The translations under genes were made by a program, and so were the position numbers. Shown one piece after another: positions 8,654 through 17,861 of a DNA stretch of 64,000 bases. Position 1 is the first letter of the stretch, and each line of letters opens with the position of its first letter. Origin of the DNA: Nitrospirales bacterium (GTDB lineage: Bacteria; Nitrospirota; Nitrospiria; Nitrospirales; UBA8639); assembly GCA_963422365.1 (NCBI GenBank), contig OY729426.1, forward strand, positions 448,001 through 512,000, in the 5' to 3' direction. The notes below the pieces were generated by a model, which ran no database searches, had not been told where the DNA came from, and was given only the letters and a program-made list of their open reading frames with translations.

Positions 8654-11600
8654 TCATCCAATGGGTTCCCATGTGGCATCGGGATGATAGCGATGAAACA
8701 CAAAGGTATGTGGATCGAGGGCCAAGAGATTGAGCCATTGGTTCTGGAAGAGTTGCTGCAGGATCGCATGCTTCTGAATGATGGACGCGATTCGACTCGG
8801 CGGCGCTTCAATAATACCCAGAAGCCGCATCGGTTCGTGATAATGGACGTCACCGTCGTTGACCGTCTGTAAGGGAAATCCTATCTGCAAATCACTCTGG
8901 CTTCCCAACATCACCCCCACGCCCGACACGACGTTGTGGATCACCTTACTCCCACTTCCATAGTGCCACGGATCAACGGCGGAAAAGTAATATCCGGTGT
9001 TAATCCACTCTCCGACGATCAATGGGGCCGTCATGATTTTTTCGAGATTGTTTCCCTCCGCGTCGGCAAGCGGATCATAGGAATGTAAGAAGACGCGACC
9101 GCCTAAATTCAGGCCTTTGGTCAGGCTTCGACGCCCGATTAAAAAAGCCGCATTGCCGGCCAGCCCCCATTCCGGTCGAGGATTGGCCCAATCGCGGCTG
9201 CGTTCCTCGACGTGAGCCAACGCCTGTTGAGGAGAAATCCCGGTCGGCGCGCTTGGAATGCGATGACATCGTTCCAATGCTTGGGTCATGCCCGCTTGTT
9301 CCAAATCCCGGCTCAACACCTGTACATCCTCCGTATGACTCTCGGGCAAGTCTTGCAGATCATAAAACGTGACCCGATCAGTGGTGGTATTGTGCTTGGC
9401 CGGCAGAAACCAGGTATCCTCAGGAATGGGCAATCCCTTTTCGTTGAGGATGCGCCGAACCTCCGGTTCGTTGGCCATGGCCGCAAACACGCGTGCGTTG
9501 GCGTCCCCGGGGTTGCCTCCGCAGGCCCCGCAATCCAATGCCGCGAAATATGGATTGTTGTCCGTCTGACTTCCATGCCCACAGAGCACGACTAGCCGAC
9601 CGTAGTTCCGGGTCAACCCCATGACCCGAAGCCCATTCTCGATGAAGGTGGCCCGCTCGGTAAGGGAGAACCCTTGTGCGAGCCCAGCGGAATCCCTTCG
9701 GGCTTCATCTCTCCCCATTGGGGATTGCCTGGATCGGACGGTGAAGACACCGAGATCTGTGTCGGAACCGGACGGGGAACCCCTCCTTGAAGTTTTGATT
9801 GAATCGCATGGAACGCTTTGGGAATCAGCGTTTTGCCGATTAACCCGAGACTAAAGAAAAACCCCAGCACGTCAATCAGCATCATCGACCCGACGGGATT
9901 ATGTTTTAGATCGTGAAAGAGATGACGACCCAGTTGCTGCCATTGCGCCCCGGTCGAATATTGCTGCAAGGCGCGTTCTTCGCCGAGTCGAGGAATTTCC
10001 GTTACCGCATGGTTGGGAGAAAGTAACACCGGGCATAAGGCAGACCGTTCCTCGCTATCAAAGGCTTGATGACTGATAGGAATACCGAAAAACCCGGCGA
10101 ACCCAAGCGTTTCATACGGACCCTGCGCCTCGACGTGTCGACGGAACGATTCCGATCGGACATCAATGCAGCACACGAGTTGTGCGCGCGGGCGAGTGCC
10201 GAGTGGCGGCACCGTTCCGCGATGGGCCGAAAGTTTTTGGATGATCTCGCCTAGAAAGGCATCTTCATACGCTTCAAGCCACACCGGGCCGTGCCGATCC
10301 AGGGGAAAGACATCCAGCCATCCTAATACCATTCGCGCCTCAGCCACGGAAAGATCGGTCATCTCGAGAGGTGACAGCTCCAAAATTTGAGCAAGGTGAA
10401 ACAGCCGCCAGGCATCACGGCAGATCGCCTGTTCCGCGGCATCGACCGCATGCGTGCCTTCCCCCATTCGGTTCTTGTATTCATCCGGACGATCCTGCCA
10501 GTAGGCGATCAGCGCCGAAACGTTTCCGTCAATCCCCCATTCTCGCTGACAGGCCACATGCGTCAATTCGGATTCATAAAACACACGCACCGCCAGATAC
10601 TGAACGGCATCAACAGGGTGTTTTTGTTGCGCGTGATACGCGGGATTCGTCTCAAGCCAACGAACGTATCGCGTCCAACCCGGCAATTGGGATAACTGCC
10701 GTGAGAGGTAATCGCTCCAGAGCTCCTGTGGAATGCCCAGACGATGCAGACTCGACACAATCGCATCCTCAGGCTCAGGCGGAAGATTGTTGACTTTCTC
10801 CCGTAAATCTCGAATGCCCAAAAAGCGGCTGGACCGATCGCGTTGCGCAAGCTCTCGCCAAGCCGCATAGAATCCCCCGTGCCTGCAGGGCATTTCCCAT
10901 CCGGCTAATCCTTCATCGACAAACGCCGCAAACCATTTGATGAGTTGGTTATTGATCTGTTCGACCAAGTCCGTTCCAGCCAAGACATCCACCCAATCGC
11001 TGGTGGTTTGCTGAGACGGCAAGGCAATGTCGATGGAAGCGCGTGGCCCCTCTGACACGTTTAGGCTTGCATGCCCGGCGGCGTGGTCGCCGGACAGAGC
11101 ATCGGACAGCCCTAATGCCGACAATATGGCTTGCCACAGCTTCGCAAGATACGCCTCCTCGGGATGATCCCGACATTGCTCACACTCTCGGAGCATTCGC
11201 TCGATGATGCGTTGTCTGGATTCGTCTGAAAGGTCGTGGCGAAATCGTTTCGTGGCTCCATCACCGCCGAGTTCCCATTGCAGCAGGGCGGGCTCCAACG
11301 CCTCAAATCCAAACACCACATGCCCATGCCACACCTCATCGACCGTGATCCGACGACTCCCGACCGTAATCGCCTGTTGTGTGTCCTGTCGAGGGCCCAT
11401 TCGCGCTAAGGCCCGGTTGAGACTGTCGCGGGTGATGCGTCCCGCTCGATAAAACCGACGATACTCTTCATTAGGCAAGTACCCATTTCCACCAAGAAGC
11501 TGTTTGCCTTTTTGAACGGCCTGATCAAAGGGAAGATATTCGAATCCGTGCAAGGGATTTTGGGCAACCATGACTTGCATGGGCCAAAAGGGTGGAATCG

Positions 11601-11679
11601 GTTCGCTAGCCTGGGCAACCGTCTGGCGGAGCAGATCGCGTTCTTCTTGGGAAATCGCATGCATCGACGTGGTGCTCAT
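8654..11679 (-). CDS. dabA: DUF2309 / DabA (MpsB) beta-carbonic-anhydrase-like subunit of the inorganic carbon pump, split by one frameshift near 9683-9685
   Basis: N part (9613-11679): PFWPM..VAQNPLHGFE, QLPGW, CIDVRSE, GFAGFFG, CPVLL. C part (8654-9718): GHGS..NNPY..ALDCGACGG, HNTTTD, DWANPRPEWGLAGNA, FLHSYD, YHEPMRL. One extra G in CTG GG(G) CTC joins the frames (~1008 aa). Confidence 0.9.
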
Positions 11680-11702
11680 AACATTGCTTGTGCCTTGCTA
11701 GG

Positions 11703-11800
11703 AAAAAACCAACCGTTTTCGTTCCATCCATCTCAGAAAAACACGGTTGGCTCGTCCTGTCACTGAACGCTTTGTCGGGAAGCCCAGCCACCACACAGCC
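11703..11800 (-). promoter_or_regulatory. Candidate attenuator/riboswitch leader, copy 2 (upstream of dabA)
   Basis: RNA GGCU-GUGUGGUG-GCUGGGC...GUUCAGU-G-ACAGGACGAGCC overlapping terminator AGCCAACCG...CGGUUGGUUUUUU; ends ~23 nt before the dabA ATG. Confidence 0.7.
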
Positions 11801-11992
11801 TTCGTTCGTAGGTCAGACTCAATCCGGGACCACCTGCCTGCTTTCATGTGCATACCTGCCTCAGGGAAGCAGGGGGGGCTCTCCTTGACCTCTACAAAGT
11901 CATGGCTTATACCATTGTTATATCAGGGACTGCAGACGGGCTCAAGAGATTTCTGGTCAGCCAAAAGCTCTTCCAACCCTGTGACCCCCCCT

Positions 11993-12364
11993 ATGAAAAA
12001 TGGATCGACCAAAGGCGAAGTTGAGACAGCCATCCGCAATGCCGTCATCAAATTCGAACAAGAATTTATGGGGCGCGGGCCGACCGAGGTCAAGGCGTTC
12101 ATCCTTCATGACATAGTCTTGGTACGGCTCAAGGGCGTCTTGACTCCAGCCGAGCGTCAACTCGCGAAAAATACTGAGGGGGTTGATATGGTCAAACGCA
12201 TGCGGCAGAACCTGATCTCACAAGGACGGGAAAGACTCTGTAGCCAAATTGCAGCCATTACCGGGACAGAAGTCACAGGCCTGTTCACCGATATCGAAAC
12301 GCACATCGGTGAGCGGATGATTGTCTTTACTCTTGAAAATGACCTCGACAATACCTCTCGCTAG
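11993..12364 (+). CDS. mpsC: DUF2294 / MpsC family protein
   Basis: TKGEVETAIRNAVIKFEQEFMGRGP..VLVRLKGVLTPAE..L.TDI....GERMIVFTL; divergent from dabA; ATG 11993 preferred over the longer track ORF. Confidence 0.88.
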   Translation: MKNGSTKGEVETAIRNAVIKFEQEFMGRGPTEVKAFILHDIVLVRLKGVLTPAERQLAKNTEGVDMVKRMRQNLISQGRERLCSQIAAITGTEVTGLFTDIETHIGERMIVFTLENDLDNTSR

Positions 12365-12551
12365 CCCACCACAGTCTTCACAAACATTTCCACGTTCTAT
12401 TGGCAGAAAAATCCAAAAAGGACTTCTAGCCCTCGGATAGAGGATTGAGGAAAAATTTGGACATGGAACGATACGAAAAGGGTTACGAGAGAATGTTCCC
12501 GGCGGGAAAGGGCCTAAGGATGCCTTCGGCTTTCGGAGAAAAACGAATAGC

Positions 12552-12707
12552 TTAGAAAATCTTGGCTATCAACGCACGAAATGGGTTGACAGCCGCTTCA
12601 GATTTCGCACCACTCTTAGCTTGGGAAGAAGAAACATTTTTTTCGTCTTTCTTCGGTGCTTTTTGATCACAGTGAAGACTTCTGTACAAGATACGAAATT
12701 CACTCAT
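12552..12707 (-). CDS. Small hypothetical protein (51 aa), probably sigma-54 driven
   Basis: MSEFRILYRSLHCDQKAPKK...NPFRALIAKIF; SD GGAGGGGGG before the ATG; consensus sigma-54 site upstream. Confidence 0.6.
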   Translation of the reverse strand: MSEFRILYRSLHCDQKAPKKDEKNVSSSQAKSGAKSEAAVNPFRALIAKIF

Positions 12708-12753
12708 GATATCCCCCCTCCAAAGGTTTGAACAAGAACTGTTTCTGGTATGA

Positions 12754-12769
12754 AGCAAAGGAGGTGCCA
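12754..12769 (-). promoter_or_regulatory. sigma-54 (-24/-12) promoter
   Basis: TGGCAC-CTCCT-TTGCT, exact match to TGGCAC-N5-TTGCW. Confidence 0.75.
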
Positions 12770-13025
12770 AGTTTCACAAAGGAACATCTTCAAATAAAAC
12801 TCTAAAAAAACAATTTGTTATGAATATAAAACGCTAGATCGTCCAACAATGATGAGGGAATAAGCAAAAACGCACATGCTCGGATGAGCGAAATCGCACC
12901 AAAATACTGGGAGCAACATGGCTATCATGGGCTATTAGGGCGATGGGTCTGGAAGGAAATGGGAGGAGAACGCACGCAATCCGTTACGTGCAGCTTGTCG
13001 CTCTTCAAAAAAGAATGAAGCCCCT

Positions 13026-14666
13026 CTAGCCCTTAGGCTTTACGTGAGCAGCCACGATGGAGTCAGCCATCGGGCGGTGCTGGGCCAACCCCCGAATGAA
13101 CAACTCACAACCCTTTTCTTCGAATTCGTTGGTCCATTCATAAAGTTTTGACATCACGGTGTGATCGACAAGTCGCGTCTCGGCCAGATTCAGGGTAACT
13201 GTTTTCCCTTCCTCGAGAAAGCGATGAAGATGCTTGCGCAAGGGAATCCACGTACTGAAGACGGCGGACTCTCGCACCACAATGATCGCTGAGTGATCAT
13301 CTTCATGCGTGACCTCAGCATGTAATTTGAAAAACGAGGGAATCGGTGCGCCATTCATGATGTGAATGGCGACCTTGACTCCTATTCCAATGCCGATTCC
13401 CAACAGGAGATCTGTCGCAAGCACGCCCACGATCGTGGACACAAACACAATGAACTGGTCTTTTCCCAAATGATACATATGGAGAAACTCTTGTGGAGAC
13501 GCCAACCGAAACCCCGTAAAGACCAACAACGCGCCTAAGGCCGCCAGAGGGATCTGGTTGATAATCCCTGGAATCACGGCGACGAATGCCAGCAGACACA
13601 GCCCATGAAACATGTTGGCAAATCGCGTCCTCGCCCCATTATCGATGTTCGCTTTGCTTCGAACGATCTCCGAAATCATCGGCAACCCGCCCACCAAGGC
13701 CGCCAGCGTATTGCCGAGGCCCACGGCAAGCATGTCTCGATCCAAATTCGTCTTTCGCTGCCAGGGGTCGATCTGATCGATGGCCTTCGCACTGAGTAAC
13801 GACTCAAGGCTCCCAATTAAGGCAAACATGATCACGTACTTGATTCCGATCGAAGTGGTTAACCCTGAGAAATCCGGGAACGTGAGGGCATTGAACATGT
13901 TCTTCGGAACATCCACCAAAAACTTTGTTCCTACAGCAGCCGTCTGCTCATGAACGGTGTAGGTGGCTTCTTGGCTGATATTCAAATACAGCCCCATGGG
14001 AACCGCGACGAACAACACAAGCATCGGCGCTGGAATCACTTTCCATTTGGGGTGTTTGATCAGCGTAGACCCAACCATAATGAGGAGACTCACGATCCCG
14101 ATCAAGCCAATTTTGGGATTCATCTCCATGACAAAATTCGGGATACCGGCCAACAACTCTAATGGGGTGCCTTCTGGGCTCAGCCCCATGACCACCGGAA
14201 ACTGTTTGGCGATGATGATGACCCCGATGGCTGACAATAATCCATGAATCGCCGTTGTCGGGAAAAATTCCCCAAGAATCCCGGCACGGAAGACCCCGAA
14301 CAAAATTTGAATGAGGCCTGCGGCCACCCCGACTCCAAGCGCTAACCGATAGGCTTGAAAGTCGGCAGCAGGATCCTTCCCGCCGGTAAACCCGAATTCA
14401 GTCACACACCCGATGGCGATCACGATGAGTCCAGCAGCCGGGCCTTTGATCGTGAGTTCTGAATTACTAAAGAACGTGGCCATGATGCCGCCGATAATGG
14501 CGGTAAAGATGCCGGCAATGGCAGGATACCCACACGCCAAGGCAATGCCGAGGCACAGTGGAAGCGCAATCAGAAAAACAAGAAATCCGGAAAGAAGGTC
14601 TGCCCTCCAGTTTTGCTGAAGTCCGGCAAGTGTTCCTCTCGGTATCTCTGCTCCATCAGTGTTCAT
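13026..14666 (-). CDS. SulP/SLC26 family anion (probably bicarbonate) transporter with C-terminal STAS-like domain
   Basis: DLLSGFLVFLIALPLCLGIA, GPAAGL, SLESLLSA, GGLPMISEIVRS, IPLAAL, DLLLGI; substrate inferred from dabA context; alternative GTG start at 14675. Confidence 0.9.
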   Translation of the reverse strand: MNTDGAEIPRGTLAGLQQNWRADLLSGFLVFLIALPLCLGIALACGYPAIAGIFTAIIGGIMATFFSNSELTIKGPAAGLIVIAIGCVTEFGFTGGKDPAADFQAYRLALGVGVAAGLIQILFGVFRAGILGEFFPTTAIHGLLSAIGVIIIAKQFPVVMGLSPEGTPLELLAGIPNFVMEMNPKIGLIGIVSLLIMVGSTLIKHPKWKVIPAPMLVLFVAVPMGLYLNISQEATYTVHEQTAAVGTKFLVDVPKNMFNALTFPDFSGLTTSIGIKYVIMFALIGSLESLLSAKAIDQIDPWQRKTNLDRDMLAVGLGNTLAALVGGLPMISEIVRSKANIDNGARTRFANMFHGLCLLAFVAVIPGIINQIPLAALGALLVFTGFRLASPQEFLHMYHLGKDQFIVFVSTIVGVLATDLLLGIGIGIGVKVAIHIMNGAPIPSFFKLHAEVTHEDDHSAIIVVRESAVFSTWIPLRKHLHRFLEEGKTVTLNLAETRLVDHTVMSKLYEWTNEFEEKGCELFIRGLAQHRPMADSIVAAHVKPKG

Positions 14667-14698
14667 GCTCGTCACCCCATTTATCCTGTACGCGGCAG

Positions 14699-14799
14699 AA
14701 AAAAAGCCGGTTGCTCTTCAGGGATCATGTTCCCGAATGCTCAACCGGCTTGTACTGTCGCTGGCCTCAGACAGCCGATAACCAGCTACCCTACACACC
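14699..14799 (-). promoter_or_regulatory. Candidate attenuator/riboswitch leader, copy 3 (upstream of sulP)
   Basis: RNA GGUGU-GUAGGGUA-GCUGGUU...GGCCAGC-G-ACAGUACAAGCC overlapping terminator AAGCCGGUUG...CAACCGGCUUUUUUU. Confidence 0.75.
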
Positions 14800-14935
14800 T
14801 GCCTATTCAAAGTGAGCCATCAAACAACAAAAGTCTCACCATTTCGTTTTGTTCGATTTTGAAGAATTTTATCTCGATGGCCTCTCGGGAGCAACCGTTT
14901 TTCTTTCCGCTAAAGAATTCCTCGCATGCCCAACA

Positions 14936-16372
14936 TTAAAATTGATTCGAGTTCATCCACAGATGAACGAGGATACTCGCCGCATAACCAAGCGCAATGA
15001 CCGGGGTCCATTTGAGGTGACCAAAGAACGTATACTTGCCTCGTGCCTGCCCCATCAACGCCACCCCGGCGGCTGACCCAATCGATAGCATGCTCCCCCC
15101 AACCCCGGCCGTTAAGGTCACCAACAGCCACTGCCCCTGAGACATCTCGGGATTCATCGTCAACACGGCAAACATCACCGGAATGTTATCGACGATGGCG
15201 GACAAGATCCCGACCATCGTATTCGCAAACGTGGGCCCCCATCCGACATACATCACCTGAGCCACCACCGCGAGGTAGCCGAGAAAACCCAACCCTCCCA
15301 CACACAGGACGACTCCATAGAAAAACAGCAAGGTATCCCATTCTGCACGGGCAACTTTTTGAAAGATATCGAACGGAACCACATCGCCATGAACTCCCCG
15401 AGCGTTCTTCTCACTCGAGGGTCCCAGCTCCACATATGTATTGTGCGTCTTTTTCAGGTAATATCCCCAAAATCCCAGGTAGGCCAAGCCGGTCATCATG
15501 CCCACCATGGGTGGGAGGTGAAGGAAGTTATGAAAACTCACGGCGGTACAAATGGTGAAAAAGAATAAGAGCATAATCACCTGTGCCCCCCGCTTCATGA
15601 CCACCACTTCGTCTGACGGCGCCGGTGACACCTGAGGAACGGCGAAGTGCATCAACCCGGCCGGCACGATGAAGTTGACTGCCGAGGGAACAAACAAGAG
15701 GAAAAACGTGAAAAAATCCACAATCCCTTTTTGCCACACCATCAACGTCGTGATGTCGCCAAAGGGACTGAACGCCCCACCCGCGTTGGCCGCCACGACA
15801 ATATTGACACACGCCAAACTGACGAACCGAGGATTATCTGCCCCAACCGCAAGCACCACGGCGCACATCAGCAAGGCCGTCGTCAGATTGTCCGCCACCG
15901 GCGAAATAAAGAACGCCAAGATTCCCGTGAGCCAAAACAGTTGACGATAGGTCAACCCCCTGCGCACCAACCACGATCGCAGACTTTCGAAGACCAGCCG
16001 TTCTTCCAGAGCATTGATGTACGTCATGGCGACAAGCAGAAATAACATCAATTCTGCGTATTCGAGAATATTGTGACGGAGCGCTTGCGCAACGACATGA
16101 GGATCATTGCCGGGATACGCCCAAGCCACCAACGCCCAAATGATTCCCGCAGCCAACATGACGGGTTTTGATTTTCTGAGGTGTGTAAACTCCTCGGCCA
16201 TGACCAACGCATAGGCCAGCACAAAAATACCCAGCGCGAAATACCCAATGGGTGAATGGGTCAGATCAAGCTGGGCAACTGGACCCTCCGCACCCCAACT
16301 GAGTTCAGGAAAGCCGAGCAGCAGCGCGACGCTGCTGAAGGAGAAAACGGTTATTGAGGGGTGATTCATCAT
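14936..16372 (-). CDS. nhaD: NhaD-type Na+/H+ antiporter
   Basis: EEFTHLRKSKP, FLLVAMTYIN, SPVADNLTTAL, ANAGGAFSPFGDITT, SAIVDNIP, GGSMLSIGSAAGVALMG; start uncertain (track ORF extends to 16552). Confidence 0.9.
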   Translation of the reverse strand: MMNHPSITVFSFSSVALLLGFPELSWGAEGPVAQLDLTHSPIGYFALGIFVLAYALVMAEEFTHLRKSKPVMLAAGIIWALVAWAYPGNDPHVVAQALRHNILEYAELMLFLLVAMTYINALEERLVFESLRSWLVRRGLTYRQLFWLTGILAFFISPVADNLTTALLMCAVVLAVGADNPRFVSLACVNIVVAANAGGAFSPFGDITTLMVWQKGIVDFFTFFLLFVPSAVNFIVPAGLMHFAVPQVSPAPSDEVVVMKRGAQVIMLLFFFTICTAVSFHNFLHLPPMVGMMTGLAYLGFWGYYLKKTHNTYVELGPSSEKNARGVHGDVVPFDIFQKVARAEWDTLLFFYGVVLCVGGLGFLGYLAVVAQVMYVGWGPTFANTMVGILSAIVDNIPVMFAVLTMNPEMSQGQWLLVTLTAGVGGSMLSIGSAAGVALMGQARGKYTFFGHLKWTPVIALGYAASILVHLWMNSNQF

Positions 16373-16575
16373 GACGAGTTTGCCGTCAGCCAATTTTTGG
16401 GAAACATAGCAAAGACGGAAATCCTTTCTCAATAACTTTGGAATAGATAGACTATCTCGGAAATCGGCAGAAACAGACTTGACGAGAATCGTCAAACCCC
16501 AGGAGAGCACACGCAAAAACTTTCCCATCCCGTCGCACGGCAGGACGTTCAAAAGCGAACTGCTGAAACAGCTTG

Positions 16576-17160
16576 TTAATTCAAGGGCACTTCGATGACG
16601 AGCCCCCCCATCACATCATTAAGTTTGAAATCACGCTTTGGAGACTCGGTGTGCGCATTATGACAAGATACGCAGGCTCGACTCACGGCCCGGTCCGGAT
16701 AGATCGCCTGAAAATAGCGTTTGTGATTCAGCGTCATTTCGCCTTCCATCACCTCGCCGAATTTGACGACTTGTTCCACCATCTGCCGTTCCTGATCGGA
16801 AACGGGAGCATTTCGGGAATTGAGAGGCCAGAGACTGACTAACCGATAGCGAAACGGAGCATCTCGCAAACGAAGACTTCGAGATGCTTCGCGTAAAAAT
16901 TGGGCGGGCAAAGGCAAGGTTTTATCATTCACCCAATCTTCGGAAGCATTCACAATAAGCATGGCTTCCATACGCGCGACAACGTGCTGCGTATAAAAAG
17001 TTCGATCGGCCTCAATCACCCCGTGGAGGTAATCAGCAACGGTTCTTGCAGGAATACCCTGGACGGGAAGTCTTTGAGTACTGATGATCCATCCCAACAC
17101 AATTCCCAGCAAAAGGATCACCCCGCACAAACCGACTGTTCGTAGATTCAGGTCTTTCAT
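16576..17160 (-). CDS. DUF3365 (Tll0287-like) c-type heme sensor-domain protein
   Basis: N-terminal TM; LPLPAQF; YRLVSLWPLN..NAP; CVSCH; FKLNDVMGG. Confidence 0.8.
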   Translation of the reverse strand: MKDLNLRTVGLCGVILLLGIVLGWIISTQRLPVQGIPARTVADYLHGVIEADRTFYTQHVVARMEAMLIVNASEDWVNDKTLPLPAQFLREASRSLRLRDAPFRYRLVSLWPLNSRNAPVSDQERQMVEQVVKFGEVMEGEMTLNHKRYFQAIYPDRAVSRACVSCHNAHTESPKRDFKLNDVMGGLVIEVPLN

Positions 17161-17644
17161 GTCACGAATGTTCTGAGAAAAAACCCCAGAGTTCCCAGAA
17201 TTGCACGTTGCGACCTTTCTTCATGAAACAGCCACACCCAAAAAGCTGCATCGAGCAAGTGACGGATGCGACTGAGATGGAGGATCCATTATACCTGAAC
17301 GGGGGCCGACTCACCAGAGGGCTGTCACGAATCCCTCACAACCTATGCAAGTCATGGGGACTCTTGACGGATCGCCTGGGCTTGCACAATCAGGCAAGCG
17401 CCTGTTCGAGCGCTTCAGTGAAATGAGCATAAAGATGGTCGGACTTTATTCGATGTCGTTCGTTAAGATCGACAAGCGTCTGCTGTGAGCGAAATGACAT
17501 CCCAACGACGAAGACGGCCACGCCGAGTCCACAAGGGGCCATGTGGTCGAACAATCAAAATCCGGTTCCGAACGGTCGGTTCAAACCGTCCACTCATTTC
17601 CCCTCACCTTCCATGATGTTCTCCCTCAATAACCCGAAAGACTC

Positions 17645-17682
17645 AAACTTGACGCTCTCTACGAAACTTGACGCTCTCTACG
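17645..17682. repeat. Perfect 19-bp tandem duplication
   Basis: AAACTTGACGCTCTCTACG x2. Confidence 0.95.
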
Positions 17683-17687
17683 CAATA

Positions 17688-17703
17688 AGCAATGTGAATG
17701 CCT
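17688..17703 (-). promoter_or_regulatory. Putative sigma-54 promoter
   Basis: AGGCAT-TCACA-TTGCT; GG-N10-GC spacing; divergent from the sensor kinase / sigma-54 activator pair. Confidence 0.55.
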
Positions 17704-17861
17704 AAGATTAAACCGTACGACACGCTGTATTCACAGGAGGTCTAAGCATTCCATTTTCGTTACATTCGTGACCTGAGCGAATTCACGCCATCCGTTGAGT
17801 TCAAAACCTCACCGTTTGACAACTCCACGAGCCAATCCTAAGATACGGACAGAGCCTCACG

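Noticed and set aside
11747..11992. 82-codon N-terminal extension of the DUF2294 ORF
   Set aside because: It overlaps the dabA leader on the other strand and family similarity begins at MKNGSTKGE.
16373..16575. Searched for a fourth leader copy or a Na+/Li+ riboswitch upstream of nhaD
   Set aside because: No ACAGKACRAGCC or terminator seen by eye; an Rfam scan is needed to exclude one.
17645..17682. Possible CRISPR repeat
   Set aside because: Only two directly abutting copies, no spacer, no cas genes.
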